The notes under the pieces: model-generated | The model's database searches: none | Told to the model about the DNA's origin: nothing | The model's input: the letters and a program-made list of their open reading frames with translations, nothing else | Assembly (NCBI GenBank): GCA_963798845.1 | Contig: CAWCUS010000006.1 | Location: 608,001 to 672,000 of the forward strand | Direction: 5' to 3' | DNA from: an uncultured Gemmatimonadales bacterium | GTDB taxonomy: Bacteria > Gemmatimonadota > Gemmatimonadetes > Longimicrobiales > RSA9 | DNA: 64,000 nt | Shown here: positions 48,403 through 57,824 of the stretch, piece after piece | How the letters are laid out: each line of letters begins with the position of its first letter | Position numbering within the stretch: position 1 is the stretch's first letter | Translations under genes and position numbers: made by a program

Positions 48403-49392
48403 ATGCCGAAATCGGTACTGGTTCCCGTCGACGGCTCCAACTTCGCCGAGCACGCCCTTCCGTACGCTCTCGGGATCGCACGTCGCACCGCAGCCACCGT
48501 GTACGTCGCCCTCGTACACGTTCCGGCGGACCTCGTCGGCCCGAACCATCCGCTGGCCGACGCCGTCGAAGCGCAGCACGAGGCGCAGCGGGATCTCGAC
48601 GCCGCGTACATCGACGAGCTCGCCGAGCGGATCGGGGCGTCGGGGCTTCCCGTCCGCCCCGCGTTGCTCAGGGGTAACGTGGCGGCGGCGCTTTCCCGGT
48701 ACGTAGAGGCCGAGCGAATCGAGCTGGTGGTCATGACCACGCACGGGCGGGGCGGGCTGAAGCGCGCGTGGCTGGGCAGCACCGCCGACAGCCTGCTCCG
48801 ACAGTGCATGGCCCCGCTCCTGCTGATCCGGCCGTCCGAGCGGACGCGCGAGATCACGGCCGCGAACGACCGTCGCTTCGAGCGCGTCCTGGCGGCCGTG
48901 GACGGAAGCGAGACTGCTGAGCTGGCGGTCCGGGACGCCTTCGACATAGGACTCACGGATGAAGCCGCGCTCATCCTGCTCCACGTGCTCCAGCCGCCGG
49001 TCGCAGCGGCGTCGCCCTACCTCCCCCACACGATCCAGCTCACCCACGAGGAGATCAGCGCCCGCGAGGACCACATGCGCCAGTACCTGGCAACGATCGC
49101 GGCGCAGGACTGGCTCGCGGGCCGCACGGTCGAGACGAAAGTCGTCGTCGACTACCAGCCGGCGCTCGCCATCATGGACACGGCCGAGCGCGTGGACGCA
49201 GACCTGATCGTGCTCGGCACGCACGGGCGAGGAGGGCTTCGTCGGCTGATCCTGGGCAGCGTCGCCGACACGGTGGTCCGGGGCACTCAGCGCCCGGTGC
49301 TGATCCACCGCGGCGTGGGCCGCGTGCCGGCGACCGCCGACGCGGGCGCCGGGTCCGACACGTCCGACCCGGACCGGACGCGCGCGCTCTAG
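48403..49392 (+). CDS. tandem-domain universal stress protein
   Basis: Two VDGS...THGRGG..LGS(T/V)AD domains; SD AGGAGG. Confidence 0.95.
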   Translation: MPKSVLVPVDGSNFAEHALPYALGIARRTAATVYVALVHVPADLVGPNHPLADAVEAQHEAQRDLDAAYIDELAERIGASGLPVRPALLRGNVAAALSRYVEAERIELVVMTTHGRGGLKRAWLGSTADSLLRQCMAPLLLIRPSERTREITAANDRRFERVLAAVDGSETAELAVRDAFDIGLTDEAALILLHVLQPPVAAASPYLPHTIQLTHEEISAREDHMRQYLATIAAQDWLAGRTVETKVVVDYQPALAIMDTAERVDADLIVLGTHGRGGLRRLILGSVADTVVRGTQRPVLIHRGVGRVPATADAGAGSDTSDPDRTRAL

Positions 49393-49521
49393 GCTGCACG
49401 CTGCCCCCCCCCGGGGACCCACCGCGGCCGGCGGCGCTTCGAGCGCCACCGGCCGTTGACCATCCGGCGAGATTCGACCATCCTCCGCACCCACCATGGC
49501 AGCGACCCGGGAGGAGAGGGA

Positions 49522-50211
49522 GTGGACGGCGCGGCAGCCCTGTTCGACCTCGATGGAACGCTCATCGCCACCAGGGCACTCTACCTGGAAGCGTATCGCG
49601 TAGCGGTCGAGCCCTACGTTCGGAAGGACCTCACCCGCGAGGACATCATGGCGCTCCGGCCCACTTCGGAGCTGTCGTTCCTCAGGGCGGTGGTCTCCGA
49701 TCGCGACTTCCAGGCCTGCGTCGAGGACTTCTACGGCGCCTACGGTCGGCTCCACGCAGACCTCTTCGAGGGCGTGTACCCCGGCATTCCCGAACTCCTG
49801 GGTCGCATCCGCGCCGCGCGCATGCCCCTCGGGCTCGTCACGGGCAAGAGCCGCCGGGCATGGGAGATCACCCGCGCCGCCGTGTCCGTGGGACCCTTCG
49901 ACACCCTCGTCTTCGACGACGACGTCCGAGCTCCCAAGCCCGATCCCCACGGACTCCGCCTCGCCGTCGAGACCCTCGGCGCCGAGCCAGGCCGGTCCTT
50001 CTACATCGGCGACACCATGACCGACGCTCGCGCCGCCCTCGCAGCCGGCGTCCGCCCCATCACCGCACTGTGGGCCCGCGCCGAAGGCGAACGCCCCGCC
50101 TTCGCTGCTGCCGCGCGCGAGGCGGGGTCCACGGTCGTCACCTCACCCGGAGACCTGCTGCCGATCCTCGGGCTGAACGACCTTCAGAACCGCACGTCCA
50201 GCATCACGTAG
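49522..50211 (+). CDS. HAD-family phosphatase (PpaX/Gph-like)
   Basis: LFDLDGTL, LVTGK, KPDP, YIGDTMTD. Confidence 0.9.
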   Translation: MDGAAALFDLDGTLIATRALYLEAYRVAVEPYVRKDLTREDIMALRPTSELSFLRAVVSDRDFQACVEDFYGAYGRLHADLFEGVYPGIPELLGRIRAARMPLGLVTGKSRRAWEITRAAVSVGPFDTLVFDDDVRAPKPDPHGLRLAVETLGAEPGRSFYIGDTMTDARAALAAGVRPITALWARAEGERPAFAAAAREAGSTVVTSPGDLLPILGLNDLQNRTSSIT

Positions 50212-51410
50212 GCCCACCCCTGGTGGTCGCCCTCGCGGCCGAGCACCACCGTCCATGCATCCTGCGCCGAGAAGTACGACGCCCCCGCTGTCACGGCTAC
50301 GCCAGGCGCATACGCCCACCGCGCCGTGAAGTCCAGCTCTTCACCCAGCCGGGCACTCTCTGCCCCGCTGGTCGCGGACAGGCTGAACAGGTGGCCGTTC
50401 AGCGCCACAGAGACATCCGGGGTCAGGGCGTACCGCGACTCGAGACCGACGTCCTGCAGGCCCCGCCCCGACGTCTGGACCGGAATGTTCAGGAACAGGT
50501 CCATGGACCCGTAGAACTTGTGGTTCGTGGCGAACAGCGTGTCGAAGACGCGCGTCGTCGCGTCGGTCGGCTCGTCGTCACCCGACAGGCGGTCGTACAG
50601 AACGCCCACACGCCAGCCCGACCCGAGGTCCGCCGCCGCCTCGGCCGCCACCAGGTAGGCCGAGACGTCCTGCGCGTCGCGTCGTCCCAGCTGGTACGCA
50701 CCCTCCAATCGCCACTCCAGGGCGCCTTCCCCGGCCGCCCACCGCCCGCCCAGCGTGTACTGATCGGTCACGCCTTCGTGCCGCAGCGGCTCCGTCATCA
50801 CCTCGTCCGCCGTGTTGTATAGCGCGTACGCCTGTAGCGACCCGCTCTCTCCCACCGTCCCGTACAGCCCGTACAGCGCGGACTCCCCCGCGCCGGCCTC
50901 CCACTCGCCCAACGTCATCGCCAGCCCGTCCACCACCACAGACGAGCTCCGCAGGCGGAGGCGAATTCCGTCCATTGCCCGCCCCTGCTGCGCCCAGTCG
51001 AGCGCACCCAGCAGGCGCTCGTCCCCGTACGCCACCTCCTGCCGGCCCACCCGCACCGACCACGGCGATTCCGACGAGCTCCCCAGCTCCACCCACCCCT
51101 GGTGCAGGTCCAGCGCGTTCCCCGCCCCATCCGTAGTCGACGCTTCCTCGCCCCACACGCGCACGTCCTGCAGCTGCACGAACCCTCTGACCCCCTTCGC
51201 CAGAGCCACGGCAGCCGACAGCCGCGTCCGCATGCTCGTCAAGTCCAGCGTCCGGTCCTCCCCCCGCCCGGGTCCGTACACCGGGCTCCGAAGCTCCGCG
51301 CGCGGCCGGATCTCTCCCCCCAGCTCCAGCTCCTGCGCCGTCACCGGCCCGGCCAGCATCACCGCCATCCAGACCATCGCGACCCGTCGTCCCGTCACCG
51401 TCGCCTCCAT
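50184..51410 (-). CDS. alginate-export (AlgE) family outer-membrane beta-barrel
   Basis: Signal peptide; GGEIRPRAE, FVQLQDVRVWG, LDLHQGW, VGRQEVAYGDERLLG, FATNHKFYGSMD; C-terminal F. Confidence 0.88.
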   Translation of the reverse strand: MEATVTGRRVAMVWMAVMLAGPVTAQELELGGEIRPRAELRSPVYGPGRGEDRTLDLTSMRTRLSAAVALAKGVRGFVQLQDVRVWGEEASTTDGAGNALDLHQGWVELGSSSESPWSVRVGRQEVAYGDERLLGALDWAQQGRAMDGIRLRLRSSSVVVDGLAMTLGEWEAGAGESALYGLYGTVGESGSLQAYALYNTADEVMTEPLRHEGVTDQYTLGGRWAAGEGALEWRLEGAYQLGRRDAQDVSAYLVAAEAAADLGSGWRVGVLYDRLSGDDEPTDATTRVFDTLFATNHKFYGSMDLFLNIPVQTSGRGLQDVGLESRYALTPDVSVALNGHLFSLSATSGAESARLGEELDFTARWAYAPGVAVTAGASYFSAQDAWTVVLGREGDHQGWAYVMLDVRF

Positions 51411-51580
51411 GTCCCGGTTCGTATTTAGCACAACATTGTCGTGAATAGCGGCCGCGTCTGTAGGAATTCGCCTGATTCTCTCGCAGGCACCTGTGGTGGG
51501 TCGCCCTACTGGCGCGTGCCCGGCAGACCGGGCATCCTGACCATCCAACGGGTACCGAACGCCTGAAGGGAGGGGCCGCA

Positions 51581-52867
51581 ATGACGTTGTTCCGTTCCGT
51601 GTTCCTCGCCGTGTTCATCGGCACGGCGCTGCTCGTGGCGGCATTCCTCATCAACGCGCGCCGGCCCCGGCTGGAGGTGGAGCAGCCGTCACCGGAGCTG
51701 GTGGCGGCGACGGGGAAGTGTGCGTCGTGCCACCGGGAGGAGACGGCGGCGATCGTGCTGGAGTACGAGCGGAGCAAGCACGCGCGGGTGGGCACGACGT
51801 GCCTGGACTGCCATCAGCCGGCGGAGGGGCAGGTCGGTTTGGAGCACAACGGGTTCGTGATCGCGACGACGGTGACCGCGCTGAATTGCGAGCAGTGCCA
51901 TGCGACGCAGTACCGGGAGTACCTGCGCAGCCGGCACGCGGCGCCGGCGTACGCGGCGATCCACGGCGCCGCGCCGTTCACGGCGGAGCAGGTGGCGTTC
52001 GCGGAGCGCTACCATCCGGGTGCGGTGGAGCGGGCGCCTAATCCGCTGACCAAGCTGGAGGGGGAGAGCGCGGTGCAGTCCGGGTGCGAGGCGTGCCACT
52101 CGGTGGGGAAGCCGAACGCGGACGGGAGCCTCGGGTCGTGCACGGTGTGCCACGGGCGTCACATGGCGTCGGTGGCGCTGGCGCGGCAGCCGCGCACGTG
52201 CGGGCAGTGTCACCTGGGACCGGACCACTCGCAGATCGAGATCTACGAGGAGTCGAAGCACGGGGTGCTGTTCGAATCGCAGCGGTCGGAGATGAACCTG
52301 GAAGCGGATCCGATGACGCTGACGGTGGCGGACATGCCCGTGCCTACGTGCAGCACGTGTCACATGAGCGGGCTGGGCGGAGCGAGCATGACGCACGACG
52401 TGACGGAGCGGCTGAGCTACTGGCTGTTCGCCGAGGTGAGCGAGCGGCGGCCCACGTACCTGCAGGGGCAGGCGAACATGAAGGAGATGTGCGCCAACTG
52501 CCACACGCAGGTGCACACCGACACGTTCTACGTGCAGGCGGAGCAGGTCGTCGCCTCCACGAACCAGAAGGTGAACGAGGCGCAGGAGATCATGAAAGGG
52601 CTGCGGGCGGACGGGCTGCTGACGCCGGAGCCGTTCGACGAGCCGATCGAGTTCACGTACTTCAACTACTGGCACTATTTCGGGCGGACGGCCAAGCACG
52701 CCGCTTTCATGGGCGGTCCGGACTACGTGCAGTGGCACGGCAACTACGAGCTGCTGACGAACCTGGTGGAGCTGAAGGCCCAGGCGGCGGAGCTTCGGCG
52801 CGAACACGGCGGCGGAGCCGGCGGGTCTGGCGGAGAGGGCGCCGCGGCGGGCAGGGAGGGAAGGTGA
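51581..52867 (+). CDS. octaheme c-type cytochrome, HAO-like family
   Basis: 8 CxxCH motifs (CASCH, CLDCH, CEQCH, CEACH, CTVCH, CGQCH, CSTCH, CANCH); HLGPDHSQIEIYEESKHG; N-terminal TM helix. Confidence 0.93.
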   Translation: MTLFRSVFLAVFIGTALLVAAFLINARRPRLEVEQPSPELVAATGKCASCHREETAAIVLEYERSKHARVGTTCLDCHQPAEGQVGLEHNGFVIATTVTALNCEQCHATQYREYLRSRHAAPAYAAIHGAAPFTAEQVAFAERYHPGAVERAPNPLTKLEGESAVQSGCEACHSVGKPNADGSLGSCTVCHGRHMASVALARQPRTCGQCHLGPDHSQIEIYEESKHGVLFESQRSEMNLEADPMTLTVADMPVPTCSTCHMSGLGGASMTHDVTERLSYWLFAEVSERRPTYLQGQANMKEMCANCHTQVHTDTFYVQAEQVVASTNQKVNEAQEIMKGLRADGLLTPEPFDEPIEFTYFNYWHYFGRTAKHAAFMGGPDYVQWHGNYELLTNLVELKAQAAELRREHGGGAGGSGGEGAAAGREGR

Positions 52868-53847
52868 GATCGGAGCGTCGCCGGGCGCCCCGGGCGCCCC
52901 GGGCGCCGGCGGCATACGGGGCGGCGCCGGGGGATGAGGCCGTGCCGGTCCCTTCGCGGTCGCACTGGATCGGGTTCTCCGCCGCTCGCCCTTTCCTCGT
53001 CGAGGTGTTCATCGCGCTGAACTTCTCGTTCCTTGCGCTGGACATCTTCGTTGCGCACTCCGTGAACGCGTTCCGGAATCCGGCCGAGTGGATCCCGCTG
53101 GGCTACACGCTGGCGGCGGCGGTGGCCATTTTGGTCAATCTCTCCGTCTCGTCACCGGTGCGAGGAATGATCGGAAGGGGCGCCCATGCGGCCGGTGCGG
53201 GGGTACGCTCGTTCCGGGCGGGATCCGGGTGGTGGACGGGCGTGGTGGTCGGGTCACTCGGCGTGGCGGTGGGCGTGGCCGGAATGCTCTGGCACCTGCG
53301 CAGCAACTTCTTCCAGGAGATGACGCTCCGGAGCCTGGTCTATTCGGCTCCGTTCGTCGCACCCCTCGCGTTTACGGGGCTGGGCCTGGTCCTGCTCGCC
53401 AACCGCCTCGTGCCGGTGCGGTCGCTGGAGTGGGGGCAATGGGTCCTGGTGCTGGCGTGGGGCGGGTTCGGCGGGAACTTCCTCCTCTCCCTCCTGGATC
53501 ACGCGCAGAACGGGTTCTTCTATGCCGCCGAGTGGGCGCCGGTGATCGTGGCGGCGCTGGTCATGGGCTGGCTCCTCGTCCCGATCTTCCTGCCGACGCC
53601 CCCGCTGTTCCTGCGGCTCACCCTGGGGCTCCTGGGCGTGGCCGGGATCACCGGTGTGGTGGGCTTCGTGCTCCACGTCTACCCCGCCGTGACCGACAGC
53701 GTGGCCACGCTGCGGGAGCGCATCATCTACGGCGCGCCGATCTTCGCACCCCTCCTTTTCCCCAACCTCGCCCTGCTGGCAGGGATCGGGGTGTGGGACA
53801 TCCGGGAGAAAGGCTGGGTCACTGGCGCCGCGACGACGGCGGAATGA
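52864..53847 (+). CDS. multi-pass membrane protein with two-fold internal repeat and 4 His
   Basis: GTG overlaps the cytochrome stop; about 8 hydrophobic helices; repeated H..N.F...AEW.P and YxAPxxAPLxF motifs. Confidence 0.82.
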   Translation: MRSERRRAPRAPRAPAAYGAAPGDEAVPVPSRSHWIGFSAARPFLVEVFIALNFSFLALDIFVAHSVNAFRNPAEWIPLGYTLAAAVAILVNLSVSSPVRGMIGRGAHAAGAGVRSFRAGSGWWTGVVVGSLGVAVGVAGMLWHLRSNFFQEMTLRSLVYSAPFVAPLAFTGLGLVLLANRLVPVRSLEWGQWVLVLAWGGFGGNFLLSLLDHAQNGFFYAAEWAPVIVAALVMGWLLVPIFLPTPPLFLRLTLGLLGVAGITGVVGFVLHVYPAVTDSVATLRERIIYGAPIFAPLLFPNLALLAGIGVWDIREKGWVTGAATTAE

Positions 53848-53856
53848 CCTGGACGA

Positions 53857-53891
53857 AAGGGGGCCGGGCGACGAGAGCGCCCGGCCCCCTT
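53857..53891. terminator. hairpin between convergent genes
   Basis: aagggggccgggcg-acgagag-cgcccggccccctt, 14-bp stem. Confidence 0.75.
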
Positions 53892-53913
53892 CCGAATGGC
53901 CAGGTGGAAGCGC

Positions 53914-54174
53914 TCAGACCTTCTTCACGTGCTGGTTGACCAGCTTCGTCATCTCGAACATCGAGACCTGGTTCTGCCCGTTGAAGATCGGTCGCAGGGT
54001 GTCATCCGCATTGATCATCCGCCGATTCTGCGCGTCCTGGAGATTGTGCTTCTTCACGTAGTCCCAAACCTTCTTCGTGATCTCACTGCGCGTCATCGGC
54101 TCGCTGCCCACCACTTTCCCGAGCTGGGCGTCCGGCTGCACCTTCTGCGCGAGTCCACCGCGTGCCTTGGCCAT
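53914..54174 (-). CDS. stand-alone SWIB/MDM2 domain protein
   Basis: LGKVVGSEPMTRSEITKKVWDYVKKHNLQDAQNRRMINADDTL...VSMFEMTKLV. Confidence 0.93.
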   Translation of the reverse strand: MAKARGGLAQKVQPDAQLGKVVGSEPMTRSEITKKVWDYVKKHNLQDAQNRRMINADDTLRPIFNGQNQVSMFEMTKLVNQHVKKV

Positions 54175-54299
54175 TCCATCTTCCTCCGTCTGGTGTGTCG
54201 TCTGGGGGGATCTCCCGCCGTCCAAGCTACGTCGATCCGCCACCGGCGCAATGCTCCTGCCGTGGCTGCGGTGTCCGTGACCGCCCGTCGACTGTCTCC

Positions 54300-54542
54300 C
54301 TAGAAATGGTCGAGGCGGAGGAAGAGCGTGGCACCCCGGGCGGTCCCATCGCCGTCGAAATCGTAAGTCACGCCCTCTCGCCGCAGCGTCAGGTATGCGT
54401 TATCCAGCGCCATGGCGAACGCCACGTCCGCCCCGCTGTCCGGGTGCAGGACCAGCCTGTCTCCGTTCACGTCGGAGGTGCCGGTGTCCCGGGTCGTCCC
54501 CGTCACCTCGGTCAGGCGAGTGGTGGAGAGCCCTGCGGCCAC
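54300..54542 (-). CDS. short hypothetical ORF, possibly a gene remnant
   Basis: Beta-rich 80 aa with YDFDGDG; an in-frame stop about 15 codons upstream and no signal peptide. Confidence 0.4.
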   Translation of the reverse strand: MAAGLSTTRLTEVTGTTRDTGTSDVNGDRLVLHPDSGADVAFAMALDNAYLTLRREGVTYDFDGDGTARGATLFLRLDHF

Positions 54543-54600
54543 AACGGCCCGGACGGGGAAGGTGACCCCGTCCGGCCGGCGCGGTCAACCTCGCAGCCGT

Positions 54601-55215
54601 CTAGAAGGCGATGCCGACCCGGACTCGGAAGGCCGGATCGCTGTCGGCGACGGTGGAGACCACGATCGCGCCGCCGACGTAGAACGGGAAGACCGCCAGC
54701 GTCGCCCCGGCCTCCGCCTGGAACTCGTTCGAGGTCCCGGTCCGGTCGTGGCCGAAGGCGTCGGAAAAGGCCTCCCGGACCCACAGGTACTGCGGCAGCG
54801 CGTACACCGTGGCGCTGTAGCCGCGCATCGCGAGCGTCTTGCCGATCCCGATCCCGAGGGGGATCCCGTAGCGGTGCTGGATGCCCGGCCCCGGCTCGCT
54901 CACGTAAACAATGCCGCCCACGGCGCACACGGAGGGCTCGACGAGGAAGAAGTCGTAGCTGGCGAGGGCGCTGAAGGTACGGGCGTCGCCGTCGCCGACC
55001 GACGAGTATCCGAAGCGGAAGGCTGTCGGCCCGGAGACATCGGCCGCGAACTCGCCGCCGTAGACCGGGTCACCCTCGCCCAGGTCGACCACGGCGTTCA
55101 CGGCGACATCACCATCACGGGTCGGAAGGCCGAGACAGCTCTGGGCCGAAGCTCTGGCCGACAGCAGCGCGAGCGCGGCCGCGGTGACGGCGACCGCGGT
55201 GATCACCTTGTCCAT
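54601..55215 (-). CDS. hypothetical small outer-membrane beta-barrel
   Basis: Signal peptide ending ASAQ, alternating beta pattern, C-terminal RVGIAF. Confidence 0.72.
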   Translation of the reverse strand: MDKVITAVAVTAAALALLSARASAQSCLGLPTRDGDVAVNAVVDLGEGDPVYGGEFAADVSGPTAFRFGYSSVGDGDARTFSALASYDFFLVEPSVCAVGGIVYVSEPGPGIQHRYGIPLGIGIGKTLAMRGYSATVYALPQYLWVREAFSDAFGHDRTGTSNEFQAEAGATLAVFPFYVGGAIVVSTVADSDPAFRVRVGIAF

Positions 55216-55307
55216 CGGGGACGCTCCTCTCTCTTCCTCTGGTAGTGGAACCTCGCACATGATAGCGGCCCCTCCGCCCGGTTTGTTCCCGACCTCCCCT
55301 CGTCCGT

Positions 55308-56108
55308 TCACGCCTTCGGTCCGCGCGGACCCCCGGGCTCGTGGTCCTCGCGCCGGCGCAGCAGAAGGACCAGCCAGCCGACCACGAAGATGGTGGCGAA
55401 GCTGAACCACTGGATCGCGTACGAAAGGTGCGGGCCCTGACCGAGTTCCGGCGGCTCCGCGCGGATCGGGAGACTCGGCCTCGCCGCACTCGCCGGCAGC
55501 GCGCCAGGGCCGCTTCCGGCCGCCGCCCCGCCTCCGCTCCCGGCGGGGAGTGGCGAGGTGGCGAGCAGGTAGAGCGGCGCCACCGGGTACGGGTACTGGC
55601 GACGGATCGCGTCGCCCGCGAGTCGAAACCAGCGCGTGCGGAAGCCCTCCGGCGGAACGTCGACCTGGATATCGGGGAACGGGAGGAGAATGCCCTCCAG
55701 CCGCACCGGTCCCTCCACCCTGAAGTCGTGGAGGTCCACCGTCGCGGCATCCGCGGCCGGTGCCCACCCCCGGTTGACCAGCACCGCGCCGCCCGCGACG
55801 CGGAGCGGCGAATAGATGTGGACGCCCGGCATTTCGTCGTGGCTGCGCCCGGCCAGCACCAGCGAGCGGTCGTCGTCGTATTCTCCCTCCAGGATGGCGC
55901 GTCGGAACGTGAGGCCGGCGGTGTCCCGGATCGCGCGCGAAAGGGTGACGGGATCCCCGGCCATGCGCGCGCTCACGACGGCGTTGTGCGCCAGGCGGCC
56001 TTCCCGACGGTGCAGCTGCCAGATTCCCAGCCGGACGCAGATCGCCGCGACCACGAACACGCCAAGCGTTCCGAAGACGCCGGAACGCGTGATCTCAAGG
56101 GAACGCAT
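55308..56108 (-). CDS. SURF1 family protein
   Basis: LGIWQLHRR, VLVNRGW, HLSYAIQWFSFA. Confidence 0.93.
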   Translation of the reverse strand: MRSLEITRSGVFGTLGVFVVAAICVRLGIWQLHRREGRLAHNAVVSARMAGDPVTLSRAIRDTAGLTFRRAILEGEYDDDRSLVLAGRSHDEMPGVHIYSPLRVAGGAVLVNRGWAPAADAATVDLHDFRVEGPVRLEGILLPFPDIQVDVPPEGFRTRWFRLAGDAIRRQYPYPVAPLYLLATSPLPAGSGGGAAAGSGPGALPASAARPSLPIRAEPPELGQGPHLSYAIQWFSFATIFVVGWLVLLLRRREDHEPGGPRGPKA

Positions 56109-56290
56109 GGTCTCTCCGATCGGATGTCTCGACACCGGTCAACATACGGGCGCCGACCGGGAGCCGGCACCGGCAGCTGGTTTTCCCGGGCACATGGGCG
56201 AAGGGCGTGCGCCGCCAGGTCGAGGTGCGCGGTGTTTGCATGGTGGGTACGTTCGCACCGGGATCAACGCAGGAGGCTCGATTGGGAAGC

Positions 56291-57673
56291 ATGCGGAGCG
56301 TGAACCCCGCGACAGCGGAGGTGATGGAAACGTACGAGACGCTGAGCGAGCGCGAGCTGGAGGAGAAGCTGTCCCGAGCCGAAGCCGCCTTCGTCGACTA
56401 CCGCAAGACGTCGTTCCAGGCTCGCGCCGGCTGGCTGCGGCGTGCGGCGGACGTGCTGGACGCCGACAGCGAACGGTGGGGGACCCTCATGACGCGCGAG
56501 ATGGGGAAGCCGCTCGCGGCGGCGGTCTCCGAAGCGGAGAAATGCGCCTGGGTCTGCCGGTACTACGCTGACCATGGAGCGCAATTCCTGGCCGACGAGA
56601 TGGTGGAGGCGGCCGCCGATGCCAGCCTCGTACGGTATCAGCCGCTGGGACCGGTGCTCGCCGTCATGCCGTGGAATTTTCCGTTCTGGCAGCTCTTCCG
56701 TTTCGCGGCGCCGGCGCTCATGGCCGGCAACGTGGGCCTGCTGAAGCACGCGTCCAACGTGCCCGCGTGCGCTCTGGCCATCGAGGAGATCCTGCGTCGC
56801 GCCGGCTTCCCCGATGCCGCCTTTCAGACGCTCCTCCTGGAGTCGGACCGCGTCGCGTCGGTGGTCGAAGACCCGCGCGTCCGCGCGGTCACGCTGACGG
56901 GCAGCGAGGCCGCGGGAGCCGCGGTGGCGAGCACCGCCGGGCAGCGGATCAAGAAGACGGTGCTGGAGCTGGGCGGAAGTGATCCGTTCGTTGTGATGCC
57001 GACCTCGGATCTGGCCGCGGCGGTGGAGACGGCCGTCACGGCCAGGCACATCAACAACGGCCAGAGCTGCATCGCGGCCAAGCGGTTCATCGTGCACGAG
57101 GCCGTGGCCGCGGAGTTCATCGCGGGGTTCGTCCGCAGGACGGAGGCGCTGACGGTGGGCGACCCGATGGATCCCGGCACCGACGTGGGCCCCCTCGCCA
57201 CCGAAAAGATCCGCGACGACCTGGCCGACCAGGTGGAGCGGACCGTCAACGCCGGGGCGACGCTCCGGACGGGCGGCACCGCCCCGGACCGCCCAGGCTG
57301 GTTCTATGCACCGACGGTGCTCACCGACGTCCCCACCGACAGCGCCGCCGCCGCGGAGGAAACGTTCGGCCCCCTGGCGGCCATCTTCACCGTGCGGTCG
57401 CTTGACGAGGCGATCGATGTGGCGAACCGGACGGAGTTCGGGCTGGGCGCCAGCGCGTGGACGCGGGAGCCCCGCGAGCGGGACGCCTTCCTGGACCGCC
57501 TGGAGGCGGGCGCGGTTTTCGTCAACCGCATGGTCGCCAGCGATCCTCGCCTGCCGTTCGGCGGGATCAAGCGGAGCGGCTACGGCCGCGAGCTCGCCCG
57601 CGTGGGGATCCGGGAGTTCGTGAATATCAAGACCCTGTCCGTGGACGGAGTGACCGAAGGGCTCGGCGCCTGA
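56291..57673 (+). CDS. NAD(P)-dependent succinate-semialdehyde dehydrogenase-like aldehyde dehydrogenase
   Basis: VMPWNFPFWQ, LKHASNVP, LTGS, LELGGSD, GQSCIAAKRF, EETFGP, PFGGIKRSGYGREL. Confidence 0.93.
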   Translation: MRSVNPATAEVMETYETLSERELEEKLSRAEAAFVDYRKTSFQARAGWLRRAADVLDADSERWGTLMTREMGKPLAAAVSEAEKCAWVCRYYADHGAQFLADEMVEAAADASLVRYQPLGPVLAVMPWNFPFWQLFRFAAPALMAGNVGLLKHASNVPACALAIEEILRRAGFPDAAFQTLLLESDRVASVVEDPRVRAVTLTGSEAAGAAVASTAGQRIKKTVLELGGSDPFVVMPTSDLAAAVETAVTARHINNGQSCIAAKRFIVHEAVAAEFIAGFVRRTEALTVGDPMDPGTDVGPLATEKIRDDLADQVERTVNAGATLRTGGTAPDRPGWFYAPTVLTDVPTDSAAAAEETFGPLAAIFTVRSLDEAIDVANRTEFGLGASAWTREPRERDAFLDRLEAGAVFVNRMVASDPRLPFGGIKRSGYGRELARVGIREFVNIKTLSVDGVTEGLGA

Positions 57674-57753
57674 CCGGCTGACCGTGCGCCGGCCGGCGCC
57701 GGTGCGGCTCCCATCTCGCTCTAGGGATGCGCGGCGACCGCGCAAGCGCAAGA

Positions 57754-57780
57754 AGGGCCGGGGACCCCGTCCCCGACCCT
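57754..57780 (-). terminator. hairpin downstream of lon
   Basis: Minus strand agggtcggggac-ggg-gtccccggccct followed by tctt. Confidence 0.55.
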
Positions 57781-57824
57781 CCTTCGACTCCCATTTCCCG
57801 CGTGCCACCGCACCGGCCAGTGGA

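Noticed and set aside
51415..51450. Rex operator
   Set aside because: Only one half-site resembles TTGTGAA-N4-TTCACAA.
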